From: Endomicrobiales bacterium
GTDB taxonomy: Bacteria; Elusimicrobiota; Endomicrobiia; Endomicrobiales; JALOBY01
DNA length: 64,000 nt
Direction: 5' to 3'
Assembly: GCA_963796955.1 (NCBI GenBank)
Contig: CAWCNJ010000002.1
Location: 1-64,000, forward strand
In this document: in pieces, positions 42,152 to 52,185 of the stretch
How positions within the stretch are numbered: position 1 is the stretch's first letter
Layout: each line of letters begins with the position of its first letter
The notes under the pieces: model-generated
What the model saw: only the letters and a program-made list of their open reading frames with translations
What the model was told of the DNA's origin: nothing
The model's database searches: none
Program-made: the position numbers and the translations under genes

Positions 42152-44518
42152 TTACCAGCACTTTGAGTAACCGCAGCTGCGGCATACGACGCAGCCTTCG
42201 CCGAACTCAAGCATCTCGCCGCATTCGGGGCATTGCGGGCAGCTGCCGACGAAATCATTCTTGCCGCCGGCGCGTGTGTAGCCGGAACTGGTGCCCGGGT
42301 CTTTTTTCTCGGGAGACGATTCGATAACGACCGCGGCCGTTGCGGAATTGCCGTCCGGGTTAAAGAGTGTCGGGGTGTTGCGTTCTTTGTAATAGTTTTC
42401 AAGCGCCTTGCCTATGGCGTCGGCGCAGGAAAGAATGGCGCCGCCTTCGGCAAGTGTGGGTGAAGGGCAGCGGATGCCTTTAAGCTGGCGCACCACTTCG
42501 TCCTGGCTGATGCCGGCCCTGAGGGACAGGGAGATCAGACGCGATACCGCTTCAGCCTGAGAATTTGTGCAGCCGCCCGATTTTCCGAGCGAGGTGAATA
42601 TTTCGCAGGGACCGTGCGAGTCTTCGTTAACAGTCACGTACATTTTTCCGCAACCGGTGTGCATCATGAAGGTCACGCCGTGGGTCGCGCGGGGGCGCTG
42701 GCGGGGGTGGCGGGTCTTGAAGACCAGTTTACCCGGCTCGTCTTTTACTTCTTCCTCTTCTTCAATTTTGGCAACACCGTGGCCAACGTTGAGCACCTGG
42801 GCGTCGCGGCTGCCGTCGCGGTACACCGTTACGCCTTTGCAGCCGAGTTTGTAGGACATCTTATAGGCTTCGGCAACATCTTCCCTGGTCGCGTCATGCG
42901 GGAAGTTGACCGTTTTTGAGACGGCGTTATCGGTATACTGCTGAAAGGCCGCCTGCATACGGATGTGGTCTTCCGGCTTAATGTCGTGTGCTGTAACAAA
43001 CACTTTGCGCACGCTTTCAGGGATCTCCGTAATGTCGTGGAGACTGCCTTTCTCCGTGATCTTTTTCATTATTTCGGCCGAATAAAAACCCATCTCTTTC
43101 GCTATCTTTTCGAAATACGGGTTGACCTCGAACATTTCGTTATTGTCCAGAACGTTGGCGCGCTTGTAGGCAACGGCGAACATAGGCTCTATGCCGCCGG
43201 AAGCATTAGCAATAATACCGATGGTACCGGTGGGGGCGAGTGTCGTAAGCGTCGCATTACGGCGAGGGGCTTTGCCGGCGAAGATGCTCTTGTTGTAGTT
43301 CGGGAAGTTGCCGCGTTTGGTGGCAAGTTCCTGGGACATAAGGTCGGCGTTCATCTGCACGTGACCCATAAGTTTTTCGCCAAGCTTGAACGCTTCGTGG
43401 GAATTATATGGAATGCCCAGCTGCACCAGCATATCAGCCCAGCCCATGACGCCCAATCCGATCTTGCGGTTGGACCGTGTAGTCTCGGCTATCCTCGGCA
43501 GCGGGAAGTTGTTCATATCGATAACGTTGTCCAGGAAATGCGCCGCGGAACGGGCTATCCTGCCGAGCCGGTCCCAATCGACCTGGCCGTTCACCACCAG
43601 ATGGCCCAGATTTATGGAGCCCAGGTTGCATGATTCATAGGGCAGCAGCGGCTGTTCGCCGCAGGGGTTGGTAGATTCTATCATGCCGACGCCCGGGGTA
43701 GGATTAAATTCATTGATGCGGTCTATGAAAACAATTCCGGGCTCGCCGTTCTTCCAGGCCTGTTCCACGATCTTCGTGAAAACCTCTTTGGCGTTCAGGC
43801 GGCCGGCTTCTTTGCCGTTACGCGGGTTGTACAGTGCGTAGTCACGGTTAGATTCCAGCGCCTCCATGAATTCTTTCGTTATGGCGACCGAAATATTGAA
43901 GTTCGTCAGCTGATCGTTCTTATCTTTGCACATGATGAACGGCAGAATATCCGGGTGGTCCACGCGCAGCATGCCCATGTTGGCGCCCCGGCGGGTGCCG
44001 CCCTGTTTAATGGCTTCGGTGGCAGCGTTGAAAACGTGCATGAAAGAGATCGGCCCGGAGGATACGCCGCTGGTGGTCGCGACCACGTCGCTTGAGGGGC
44101 GCAGGCGCGAGAAGGAAAAGCCGGTTCCGCCGCCGGATTTGTGGATCATGGCGGTGTGCTTAAGGGTTTCAAAGATAGATTCCATAGAGTCTTCTATAGA
44201 AAGCACGAAACAGGCCGAAAGCTGCTGCAGCGGGCGGCCTGCGTTCATAAGGGTCGGGGAGTTCGGGAGAAAGTCCATGGCCGCCATCAGGGAATAAAAT
44301 TCACGGGCGGTCGCCTCAATGTCGGCGCTGGTATCGTAGATCTTGTCGGCCTGCGCGATATTTTCAGCCACGCGCCAGAACAGGTCTTCGGGCCTTTCCA
44401 TCACCTTGCCGTCGTTATCGCGGCGCAGATACCTTTTAGACAACACTGTTAACGCGTTTGCGTGCACCGCCGGCTTAACCTTCTCGAACAATTCTTCACG
44501 GCTCAAGCTCATAACCAT
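42152..44518 (-). CDS. nrdJ: Class II (B12-dependent) ribonucleotide reductase with TSCPD-like domain and C-terminal Zn ribbon
   Basis: PNSPTLMN, SACFV, TNPCGEQPL, APTGT, SKTVN, SCADAIG, CPECG...CRSCGYSKC. Confidence 0.96.
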   Translation of the reverse strand: MVMSLSREELFEKVKPAVHANALTVLSKRYLRRDNDGKVMERPEDLFWRVAENIAQADKIYDTSADIEATAREFYSLMAAMDFLPNSPTLMNAGRPLQQLSACFVLSIEDSMESIFETLKHTAMIHKSGGGTGFSFSRLRPSSDVVATTSGVSSGPISFMHVFNAATEAIKQGGTRRGANMGMLRVDHPDILPFIMCKDKNDQLTNFNISVAITKEFMEALESNRDYALYNPRNGKEAGRLNAKEVFTKIVEQAWKNGEPGIVFIDRINEFNPTPGVGMIESTNPCGEQPLLPYESCNLGSINLGHLVVNGQVDWDRLGRIARSAAHFLDNVIDMNNFPLPRIAETTRSNRKIGLGVMGWADMLVQLGIPYNSHEAFKLGEKLMGHVQMNADLMSQELATKRGNFPNYNKSIFAGKAPRRNATLTTLAPTGTIGIIANASGGIEPMFAVAYKRANVLDNNEMFEVNPYFEKIAKEMGFYSAEIMKKITEKGSLHDITEIPESVRKVFVTAHDIKPEDHIRMQAAFQQYTDNAVSKTVNFPHDATREDVAEAYKMSYKLGCKGVTVYRDGSRDAQVLNVGHGVAKIEEEEEVKDEPGKLVFKTRHPRQRPRATHGVTFMMHTGCGKMYVTVNEDSHGPCEIFTSLGKSGGCTNSQAEAVSRLISLSLRAGISQDEVVRQLKGIRCPSPTLAEGGAILSCADAIGKALENYYKERNTPTLFNPDGNSATAAVVIESSPEKKDPGTSSGYTRAGGKNDFVGSCPQCPECGEMLEFGEGCVVCRSCGYSKCW

Positions 44519-44554
44519 TCCACTCCTCCCGCTATTTTGACTAAAATTTGGTTG

Positions 44555-45043
44555 CTAGTTCTTTATGCTTCCCGTTTTTTCCTGTAATTTCGGCATTTTC
44601 TTTTTCAGCTTTTTCAATTCCTCCATGAACGTGTCTATGTCACTGAACTGCCGGTAAACCGAGGCGAACCGCACATACGCGACCGGGTCCAGGGCGCGCA
44701 GTTTGTTCAGAACTGTCTCACCGATAATACGGCTGGGTACCTCCATCAGGTAATCTCGCAGGTCTGTTTCCACGTCATTTAAAAGTTTTTCAATGGCATC
44801 CGATGAGATCGGACGTTTCTGGCAGGCACGCACCACCCCTTCCTTAAGTTTGGCGCGGTTATACGTTTCACGGCGCTGGTCGGATTTTACCACCATCAGC
44901 GGGCTTTCTTCCAGGCGCTCGTACGTGGTAAAACGTTTATTGCATTCCCGGCAGATACGCCTGCGCCGGATGACCGATTGGTCTTCCATGGGCCTGGAAT
45001 CTAAAACCTGGTCATCGGGGCTGCTGCAAAAAGGACACTTCAT
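44555..45043 (-). CDS. nrdR: Transcriptional repressor NrdR
   Basis: MKCPFC, VLDSR, RRRRIC, RFTTYE, AYVRFASVY. Confidence 0.98.
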   Translation of the reverse strand: MKCPFCSSPDDQVLDSRPMEDQSVIRRRRICRECNKRFTTYERLEESPLMVVKSDQRRETYNRAKLKEGVVRACQKRPISSDAIEKLLNDVETDLRDYLMEVPSRIIGETVLNKLRALDPVAYVRFASVYRQFSDIDTFMEELKKLKKKMPKLQEKTGSIKN

Positions 45044-45067
45044 TTACTTGTTTCCCCAGTTAAACCA

Positions 45068-45206
45068 ACCACAACCTGTAGTATGTTGGCAAATGTTACA
45101 ACATACCCATAGCATTGTCAAGAAAAATTTTAGTTCGACGGCAAAACCTGAAAGACCACAACCTATTGACGCCACGAAGTATAACATACAATGTATGGTG
45201 TGTCAA
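45068..45206 (-). promoter_or_regulatory. Two tandem sigma70 promoters overlapped by NrdR-box-like sites
   Basis: TTGACA-N17-TATACT (45206-45178) and TTGACA-N17-TAACAT (45121-45093); ACACCATACATTGTAT, ACCACAACCTGTAGTA and ACCACAACCTATTGAC resemble the NrdR consensus acaCwAtATaTwGtg. Confidence 0.75.
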
Positions 45207-45207
45207 T

Positions 45208-45239
45208 AAAAAAGAGCCCGTTTTCACGAACTCTTTTTT
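45208..45239. terminator. Terminator-like hairpin downstream of guaB
   Basis: aaaaaagag...ctctttttt. Confidence 0.7.
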
Positions 45240-45265
45240 GTAATATATGGTTTCTTTAGCTTTTA

Positions 45266-46807
45266 TCAGCGTTGTTGCTGGTAGTTCGGCGCTTCGCGTG
45301 TGATGACGATATCGTGCGGATGTGATTCCGCCTTTCCTGCTTCCGTTATCCTGACGAATTGCGCCGCTGTCCGTAGATCTTCGATACTGCTCACCCCGAC
45401 ATAGCCCATGCCGCGCTTCAGGCCGCCGACGTACTGACAGAGAACCTCTCTCAGAGGCCCTTTGTAGGGCACCATGCCTTCCATACCTTCCGGCACAAGA
45501 TCGTTCTTTCCCTGATTGTAGCGTTCGCGCGAGCCTTTGCTGCTTTCCATAGCGCCCAAAGATCCCATGCCGCGGTAGACCTTGTATTGCACTCCCTGAT
45601 GGAACCGGAAGTCTCCGGGGCTTTCCTTGGTACCGGCCAGCATATTACCCATCATGACCGAGTGAGCGCCGGCGCCGATAGCGATAGGAATATCGCCCGA
45701 GAATTTCAGGCCGCCGTCCGCGCAAACCGGAACACCAAATTTAGAGGCCACTTTAGCGCATTCGTAGATCGCGCTGACCTGCGGTTTGCCGATACCGGCA
45801 ATGATGCGGGTGGTGCAGATGGACCCGGGCCCCTGACCGATCTTCAGGCCATCAGCCCCCGCGCGGCACAACCGTTCCGCGGATTCAGGCTCTGAAATAT
45901 TCCCTGCCATGACGTCGATATCGTAGCGTTTTTTAAGCAGCTTGAGCGTATCTATAACACCCTTGGAGTCGCCATGCGCGGTGTCAATGATCACCAGATC
46001 CACTTTTTCGCGGACAAGCTGTTCAACACGTTCCATGGCATCGTCATAAACACCGACGGCCGCCGCGACCCTTAAACGGCCGTTCTTGTCGACATTAAAG
46101 GTTTTCGAATCGCCGAAAAGAATGCGTTTAACATCCGTGAATGTGTACAAGCCTGCGATCATCCCATCTTTGCCGACAAGCGGCAAGACTTTCTTCTGGC
46201 TTTCCTTCATGATCTTGTAAGCTTCCTGCAGGCCGGTGCCGGGTTTGCCGGTGATAAGGTTCCTGGTCATGATCTGTCTGGCTTTCAGGGAGTGATCTTC
46301 GCAAAAATCAAAATTGTTCTTGGTGATAATGCCGACGATGCGGTTGTCGCTGTTCGTGATCAGGAAAGAATGGAATTTGAATTCCCGCTCTTTTCGGTAG
46401 GCAAGTATCTCACCGACGGAAGTGTTCTCTTCGAAGCAGATAGGTTTTTCAATAAGGCCGTTGAGATGGTACTTCACTTTGGCCACCTCAGAAGCCTGTT
46501 CCTGAGCGCTGAAATTCTTATGAATAACACCGATGCCGCCGAGCTTGGCCATTTCGATAGCCATTTCAGATTCGGTCACGGTATCCATAGCGGCGCTGGC
46601 GATGGGTATTTTAAGACCGACATTTCGTGAAAATTTTGATTCGATCAAAACATTGTCAGGAAGTGTTTCGGAATAACCGGTGGTCAGTCGTACATCGTCG
46701 TAGGTAAGGGCAATACCCTGATCGCCGATCTTCTTGAAGAATGCATCACGTTTCGCGATCAGTTGTTTACCAACACTTTGCGTAAGAGCACTTTTTATCT
46801 TTACCAT
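45266..46807 (-). CDS. guaB: IMP dehydrogenase (with CBS pair)
   Basis: SAAMDTVTE, GPGSICTTR, ADGG, YRGMGS; GGGAGG RBS before MVKIK. Confidence 0.98.
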   Translation of the reverse strand: MVKIKSALTQSVGKQLIAKRDAFFKKIGDQGIALTYDDVRLTTGYSETLPDNVLIESKFSRNVGLKIPIASAAMDTVTESEMAIEMAKLGGIGVIHKNFSAQEQASEVAKVKYHLNGLIEKPICFEENTSVGEILAYRKEREFKFHSFLITNSDNRIVGIITKNNFDFCEDHSLKARQIMTRNLITGKPGTGLQEAYKIMKESQKKVLPLVGKDGMIAGLYTFTDVKRILFGDSKTFNVDKNGRLRVAAAVGVYDDAMERVEQLVREKVDLVIIDTAHGDSKGVIDTLKLLKKRYDIDVMAGNISEPESAERLCRAGADGLKIGQGPGSICTTRIIAGIGKPQVSAIYECAKVASKFGVPVCADGGLKFSGDIPIAIGAGAHSVMMGNMLAGTKESPGDFRFHQGVQYKVYRGMGSLGAMESSKGSRERYNQGKNDLVPEGMEGMVPYKGPLREVLCQYVGGLKRGMGYVGVSSIEDLRTAAQFVRITEAGKAESHPHDIVITREAPNYQQQR

Positions 46808-46858
46808 AGGCCTCCCGCTCGTTCCCACTTTTCAGAATGTTGTCTTCCTGTATTATAC

Positions 46859-46887
46859 AAAAAAGAGCCCGACAATGGACTCTTTTT
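46859..46887. terminator. Terminator-like hairpin after tRNA-Ala
   Basis: aaaaaagagccc...ggactcttttt. Confidence 0.65.
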
Positions 46888-46897
46888 AAAATATTTT

Positions 46898-46973
46898 TGG
46901 TGGAGCTGAGGGGGGTTGAACCCCTGACCTCCTGCATGCCATGCAGGCGCTCTCCCAACTGAGCTACAGCCCC
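46898..46973 (-). tRNA. tRNA-Ala(GGC)
   Basis: GGGGCTGTAGCTCAGTTGGGAGAGCG CCTGC-ATGGCAT-GCAGG ... CTCCACCA. Confidence 0.97.
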
Positions 46974-47080
46974 AAAACTATTTATTGTGTCCCGTATTAT
47001 ACAATAATTATGCGATGTTTAGCAAATTTTGTTATCCAAATTCCGTTATCTGAAATCTGAAATTTGAGATCGCAGACCGC

Positions 47081-47755
47081 CTAGGCGGTCTGCCTCGGCC
47101 AGGGGTTGCCGCAGGGTTTTTCTTCTGTGCAGCTGCCGTTTACACAATCCGGCCCGGCGCCGGCGAACAGGATGGGAGCCTGTTTTTTTGCAAGGTTCAG
47201 CATCCGACAGGCCATCTCTTTTATTTCCCACTGGGCGCGGTTGCAGCAGCGCAGGGCGAAGAAATGGCGCAGCTCGCGGGCGTTCATGGTAAGTATTATT
47301 TTTGTCGTTGCGGCATTGGGAAGTATGTAGCGGGCATCTTCTGCCGGTATACCAGCTGCCATAAGATCATCATAAATGCCTTTAAGCGATGCGATGGCGC
47401 CGTCGAACTTTGCCTTCAGAGCCGCGTCCTTTGACACCAGCGGCGGCGTAACGACTTCAAGATCGCCTTTGAATTTAACGTAACGCTGGCTTTGCACCGA
47501 GAAACTGGCGATGCGATGGCGCGTCAGCTGGGCAAGCAGGGCACGGGAAACGCCCTCAATGCCGAACGAGAATGAAGCATGCTCAAGCACCGAATGGTGA
47601 CCGGAAGAAATGACCCTGGCAAGCAGGCTTTTTACCTGTTCATCATTAAGTTTTTCGTTAAGTTCTTCTATCGTACTGTTGGAGTAGCACAGGCGCGCGG
47701 CGATAGCGCAAGTCTTTTCAGGGTCCGGGGTGTGTTTGAGTAGTTTTACAAGCAT
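47081..47755 (-). CDS. thyX: FAD-dependent thymidylate synthase
   Basis: GHHSVLEH, QLTRHRIASFSVQSQRY, AQWEI. Confidence 0.98.
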   Translation of the reverse strand: MLVKLLKHTPDPEKTCAIAARLCYSNSTIEELNEKLNDEQVKSLLARVISSGHHSVLEHASFSFGIEGVSRALLAQLTRHRIASFSVQSQRYVKFKGDLEVVTPPLVSKDAALKAKFDGAIASLKGIYDDLMAAGIPAEDARYILPNAATTKIILTMNARELRHFFALRCCNRAQWEIKEMACRMLNLAKKQAPILFAGAGPDCVNGSCTEEKPCGNPWPRQTA

Positions 47756-47762
47756 GGGTTGG

Positions 47763-50700
47763 CTACTTTTTGAAATAATCCTGCAAGGACTGCACGGACC
47801 AGTCTTTGCTCTTCTGGGCTTTTATACCCTCTACGGTGGCCTTGGCGGCCGCCAGAGTGGTAACCATCGGGATATTATAGATCACGGCATTGCGGCGGAT
47901 CTGATACCCGTCGGTGCGGGATTTCTTGCCGGACGGGGTGTTTATTATAAGGGCTACCTCGCGGTTCTTGATAATATCCACCACGTTAGGGCGGCCCTCC
48001 GAGATCTTGTTGACTATGCGCACCGGCAACGTGTAACTCTGAAAGAACTCTGCGGTGTGTTTTGTCGCGCATATTTCAAAACCGAGGGTTATCAATTCTT
48101 TAACGACGGCAAGGGCATCCGCTTTCCCGCGGGGCCCAAGGCTGACCAGCACGGCGCCGGATTTCGGCAGCGTTGAACCGGCGGCCATCTCGGCTTTCGC
48201 AAAGGCGCGCCCAAAGTCCGAGTCTATACCCATAACCTCGCCGGTGCTCTTCATTTCCGGGCCAAGGACTATGTCAACATTCGAAAAACGGTTCCAGGGC
48301 AGCACGACTTCTTTTACCGCCACCCAGTTCATCTTCGGCGGGCAGTTGGCAAGCTGTTTGGCGGAGAGGAGTTTTTTAAGTTTCTTGCCCACCATGAGCC
48401 TGGCCGCGATCTTCGCCAGCGGCAAACCCGTTGCCTTGGAAACATACGGAACGGTGCGCGACGCGCGCGGGTTGGCTTCAAGGATATAGACAATGCCGTC
48501 TTTAACAGCAAACTGAATGTTAAGCAGGCCCTTCACCGGCAACTCCAACGCCAGTTCAGTGGTATATTTTTTAATAGTGCTGACGATCTCGGGGCTTAAG
48601 GTGTGGTGCGGTATCACGCAGGCAGAGTCACCCGAGTGGATACCGGCTTCTTCGATATGTTCCATGATGCCCGCGATATACACATCGGTGCAGTCGCACA
48701 GTGCGTCAACATCCACCTCTATCGCGTTATCAAGGAATTTATCTATCAAAATAGGTTTGCCGGGGCTTACCGTTTCGGCGCGCTTCATGTATTGTTCAAG
48801 GGAATCGTTATCGTAGACTATTTCCATAGCCCGGCCGCCCAGCACATATGAGGGGCGCACCATGACAGGATACGTTATTCTTGCGGCAATAACCTTAGCT
48901 TCGGCGTAATTCAGCGCCGTCCCTGATTCCGCTTGTGGAATCTTCAGTTTATTGAGCACTTTCGAGAACCGCTTACGGTCTTCTGCGATATCGATGGCTT
49001 CCGGCGTGGTGCCCAGTATGCGCACGCCCTGCTCGGCAAGGCCGTTGGTCAGGTTAAGCGGCGTCTGCCCGCCGAACTGCACGACAACGCCATACGGTTT
49101 TTCTTTGTTGATAATATTCATAACATCTTCGTGCGTAAGCGGCTCAAAATACAGGCGGTCGGCGATATCATAATCCGTTGACACGGTTTCGGGGTTGCAG
49201 TTCACCATTATGGTTTCATAGCCTTCATCCTTAAGGGCCATAACGGAATGAACGCAGCAGTAATCGAACTCGATGCCCTGGCCGATACGGTTGGGGCCGG
49301 AACCAAGGATCATCACTTTCTTTTTCTTGTCCACCGTCACTTCGTCTTCTTCTTCGTAGGTTGAATAGAAATACGGTGTGTAGGCTTCAAATTCGCCGGC
49401 GCAGGTGTCAACCAGTTTGTAAACGGGTTTTACACCCAGTTTTTTACGCAAGGCCGCTATCTTTTCCGGTTTTTGGCCGGTAAGGTACGCTATTTGATTA
49501 TCTGAAAAACCGTATTGTTTTATACCGGTAAGGAACTCAGCCTGTTCTTTTTTCGAGAATTTCCCCAGCATCGGTATCTCACGCGCTTTTTCAACGATCT
49601 GTTTCATTTGGGCTATGAACCACGGATCTATCATCGTGATCTCGGCGATCTCTTCTACCGTCATGCCTATCTGCAGCGCATAGCCGACATAGAACAAGCG
49701 CTCATTGTTGGGAGCGGTCAGCTTAGGTTTAATTTCTTCAATGAATTCGTCGCGCGCCTTGCCGCCTTCCTTTTCTATCTGCTCAACGCGTTTTACCAGT
49801 CCCTTGCCGTCGAAATTCAACCCGTTGCGGCCGACTTCAAGGCCGCGGATAGCTTTCTGAAAAGCTTCTTTGAACGTGCGCCCCAGGGCCATGACCTCGC
49901 CGACCGATTTCATGGCCGTGTTCAATGTCTGGTCGGTTCCCGTGAATTTCTCGAATGCAAAACGCGGTATCTTAACGACCGTGTAATCTATCGCCGGTTC
50001 AAAAGAGGCCGGCGTTTTCTTGGTAATATCGTTAGGTATTTCATCCAGGCGGTAACCGACGGCAAGCAAAGCGGCGATCTTGGCGATAGGGTACCCGGTA
50101 GCCTTTGAGGCAAGGGCGGAGGAACGGCTTACGCGCGGGTTCATTTCTATAACGACCATGCGGCCGTCTTTAGGGTTTACCGCGAACTGTATATTGGAAC
50201 CGCCGGTATCAACTCCGATCGCACGAATGACTTTGAAGGCCCAGTCGCGCATTTTCTGGTATTCTTTGTCGGTCAGCGTCTGAATAGGCGCGACGGTGAT
50301 AGAATCCCCGGTATGCACACCCATCGCGTCAAAATTTTCAATGGAACAGATTATAACACAGTTATCGGCGCAGTCGCGCATCACTTCAAGCTCGAACTCT
50401 TTCCAGCCGAGCACGGATTCTTCAATAAGGATCTCGCTGATGGGGCTTGCGTCCAGGCCTACTTTTGCGGCTTCAAGGAAATCTTCGCGCGTATAAACGA
50501 TACCGGAGCCTATGCCGCCCAGGGTGAATGAAGCCCGGATTATCAGAGGAAAACCTATTTTTTCGGCGATCTTGCTTGCTTCTTCAAGGGTATAGGCGTA
50601 ACCTGAAGCGGGAAGGTCAAGGCCGATCTCCTGCATGGTCTTGCGGAACAACCGGCGGTCTTCGGCTTTTTTGATCGCGGGCAGTTTCGCGCCGATCAGT

Positions 50701-51041
50701 TCAACGTTATATTTGTCCAGCGTGCCGCGTTCGGAAAGCGCGACCGCAAGATTGAGGGCGGTCTGGCCGCCCAGCGTCGGCAATATCGCCTCGGGCCGTT
50801 CTTTTTCTATGATCTTTTCAACGATCTCGGGTACCAGCGGCTCAATATAAGTGGCATCGGCGAACTCCGGGTCCGTCATGATCGTGGCGGGGTTTGAATT
50901 CACCAGAATAAGCCGGTAGCCTTCTTTGCGCAAAGCTTTTATCGCCTGTGTGCCGGAATAATCGAATTCACAGGCCTGGCCGATGACTATCGGGCCTGAG
51001 CCCAGGATGAGTATTTTTTTAATGTCTGTGCGTTTTGGCAT
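47763..51041 (-). CDS. carB: Carbamoyl-phosphate synthase large subunit
   Basis: [30 protein letters not shown]; 1092 aa. Confidence 0.99.
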   Translation of the reverse strand: MPKRTDIKKILILGSGPIVIGQACEFDYSGTQAIKALRKEGYRLILVNSNPATIMTDPEFADATYIEPLVPEIVEKIIEKERPEAILPTLGGQTALNLAVALSERGTLDKYNVELIGAKLPAIKKAEDRRLFRKTMQEIGLDLPASGYAYTLEEASKIAEKIGFPLIIRASFTLGGIGSGIVYTREDFLEAAKVGLDASPISEILIEESVLGWKEFELEVMRDCADNCVIICSIENFDAMGVHTGDSITVAPIQTLTDKEYQKMRDWAFKVIRAIGVDTGGSNIQFAVNPKDGRMVVIEMNPRVSRSSALASKATGYPIAKIAALLAVGYRLDEIPNDITKKTPASFEPAIDYTVVKIPRFAFEKFTGTDQTLNTAMKSVGEVMALGRTFKEAFQKAIRGLEVGRNGLNFDGKGLVKRVEQIEKEGGKARDEFIEEIKPKLTAPNNERLFYVGYALQIGMTVEEIAEITMIDPWFIAQMKQIVEKAREIPMLGKFSKKEQAEFLTGIKQYGFSDNQIAYLTGQKPEKIAALRKKLGVKPVYKLVDTCAGEFEAYTPYFYSTYEEEDEVTVDKKKKVMILGSGPNRIGQGIEFDYCCVHSVMALKDEGYETIMVNCNPETVSTDYDIADRLYFEPLTHEDVMNIINKEKPYGVVVQFGGQTPLNLTNGLAEQGVRILGTTPEAIDIAEDRKRFSKVLNKLKIPQAESGTALNYAEAKVIAARITYPVMVRPSYVLGGRAMEIVYDNDSLEQYMKRAETVSPGKPILIDKFLDNAIEVDVDALCDCTDVYIAGIMEHIEEAGIHSGDSACVIPHHTLSPEIVSTIKKYTTELALELPVKGLLNIQFAVKDGIVYILEANPRASRTVPYVSKATGLPLAKIAARLMVGKKLKKLLSAKQLANCPPKMNWVAVKEVVLPWNRFSNVDIVLGPEMKSTGEVMGIDSDFGRAFAKAEMAAGSTLPKSGAVLVSLGPRGKADALAVVKELITLGFEICATKHTAEFFQSYTLPVRIVNKISEGRPNVVDIIKNREVALIINTPSGKKSRTDGYQIRRNAVIYNIPMVTTLAAAKATVEGIKAQKSKDWSVQSLQDYFKK

Positions 51042-51059
51042 GATTGTGATTCCTATAAG

Positions 51060-52175
51060 CTATTTATGCTGATTGATCAGCTGTATAAAGCGGTCGAATA
51101 AATATTTTGCTTCGTGCGGACCCGGGCTTGCCTCAGGGTGGTACTGCACCGCGAAGATCGGCAGTGTCTTGTGGCAGAGCCCCTCAGTCGTGCCGTCGTA
51201 AAGGTTGAAATGGGTAAAGCCGATCTCTTTGTCGTTAAGGCTGTCGGGCTTTACGCCGAAACCATGGTTTTGAGAAGTAATTTCTATTTTCCCGGTCGTA
51301 ACATCTTTCACCGGGTGATTGGCCCCGCGGTGGCCGAACTTAAGCTTGAAGGTTTTACCCCCCATGGCAAGGGCGAGCATCTGGTAGCCCAGGCAGATGC
51401 CGAAGATAGGGATCTTGCGGTTATGGGTTTTCGCGTTATGCGCTATTAATTTTTCAACGGTCTCAACGACGTATTTAACGGCTGCGGGATCACCAGGCCC
51501 GTTCGAAAGGAAAATACCGTCGGGGCTTGAAGCCAGTATATCTTCAGCCTTCGCGAATGCCGGGAATATGGTAAGGTGGCAGCCAACTTTGACGAGGTCA
51601 GCGAGAATATTGTCCTTTACTCCGCAATCGATCACCGCGACCTTATATTTTGCCGAAGGATGGTTCTTCGCGTAGGGAAAACGGTCTTTGCAGGTAACTT
51701 CCTGCACCAGGTCCCGGCCAACCAGGCCCGGAGAAGCCTTGGCTTTCTCTACCAGTTTTTTGGTGCTTTCGCCGACGGTGGAAATAATGGCGCGCATGGC
51801 GCCGCCCGAACGTATGTGGCGGGTAAGAGCGCGCGTGTCTATACCTTCGATCGCGACGATATTGTGTTTTTTAAGAAATTCCTGCAGGGAAGACTTTGAG
51901 CGCCAGTTCGAGACCAGGGGGCTGTTTTCCCGAACGATAAAGCCGGAAACCCAGGGACGGATGGACTCCATATCTTCGTCATTCGTCCCGTAATTGCCGA
52001 TAAGGGGGCTGGTCATGGCCACTATCTGGCCGCAGTATGAGGGATCGGTAAGGATCTCCTGATAACCGCACATCGAAGTATTAAATACTATTTCACCATC
52101 ACGCTCGCCGTCGGCGCCGAAAGAAAAGCCGTTGAACACCCGTCCTGATTCTAAAGCAAGCACAGCTCTTTTCAC
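51060..52175 (-). CDS. carA: Carbamoyl-phosphate synthase small subunit
   Basis: GYQEILTDPSY, LSNGPGDP, GICLG, QYHPEASPGP. Confidence 0.98.
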   Translation of the reverse strand: MKRAVLALESGRVFNGFSFGADGERDGEIVFNTSMCGYQEILTDPSYCGQIVAMTSPLIGNYGTNDEDMESIRPWVSGFIVRENSPLVSNWRSKSSLQEFLKKHNIVAIEGIDTRALTRHIRSGGAMRAIISTVGESTKKLVEKAKASPGLVGRDLVQEVTCKDRFPYAKNHPSAKYKVAVIDCGVKDNILADLVKVGCHLTIFPAFAKAEDILASSPDGIFLSNGPGDPAAVKYVVETVEKLIAHNAKTHNRKIPIFGICLGYQMLALAMGGKTFKLKFGHRGANHPVKDVTTGKIEITSQNHGFGVKPDSLNDKEIGFTHFNLYDGTTEGLCHKTLPIFAVQYHPEASPGPHEAKYLFDRFIQLINQHK

Positions 52176-52185
52176 AATTTATCCC

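Noticed and set aside
42152..44518. Intein or intron in nrdJ, or a cobalamin riboswitch upstream
   Set aside because: Length and motif order are uninterrupted; the upstream gap is only 36 nt.
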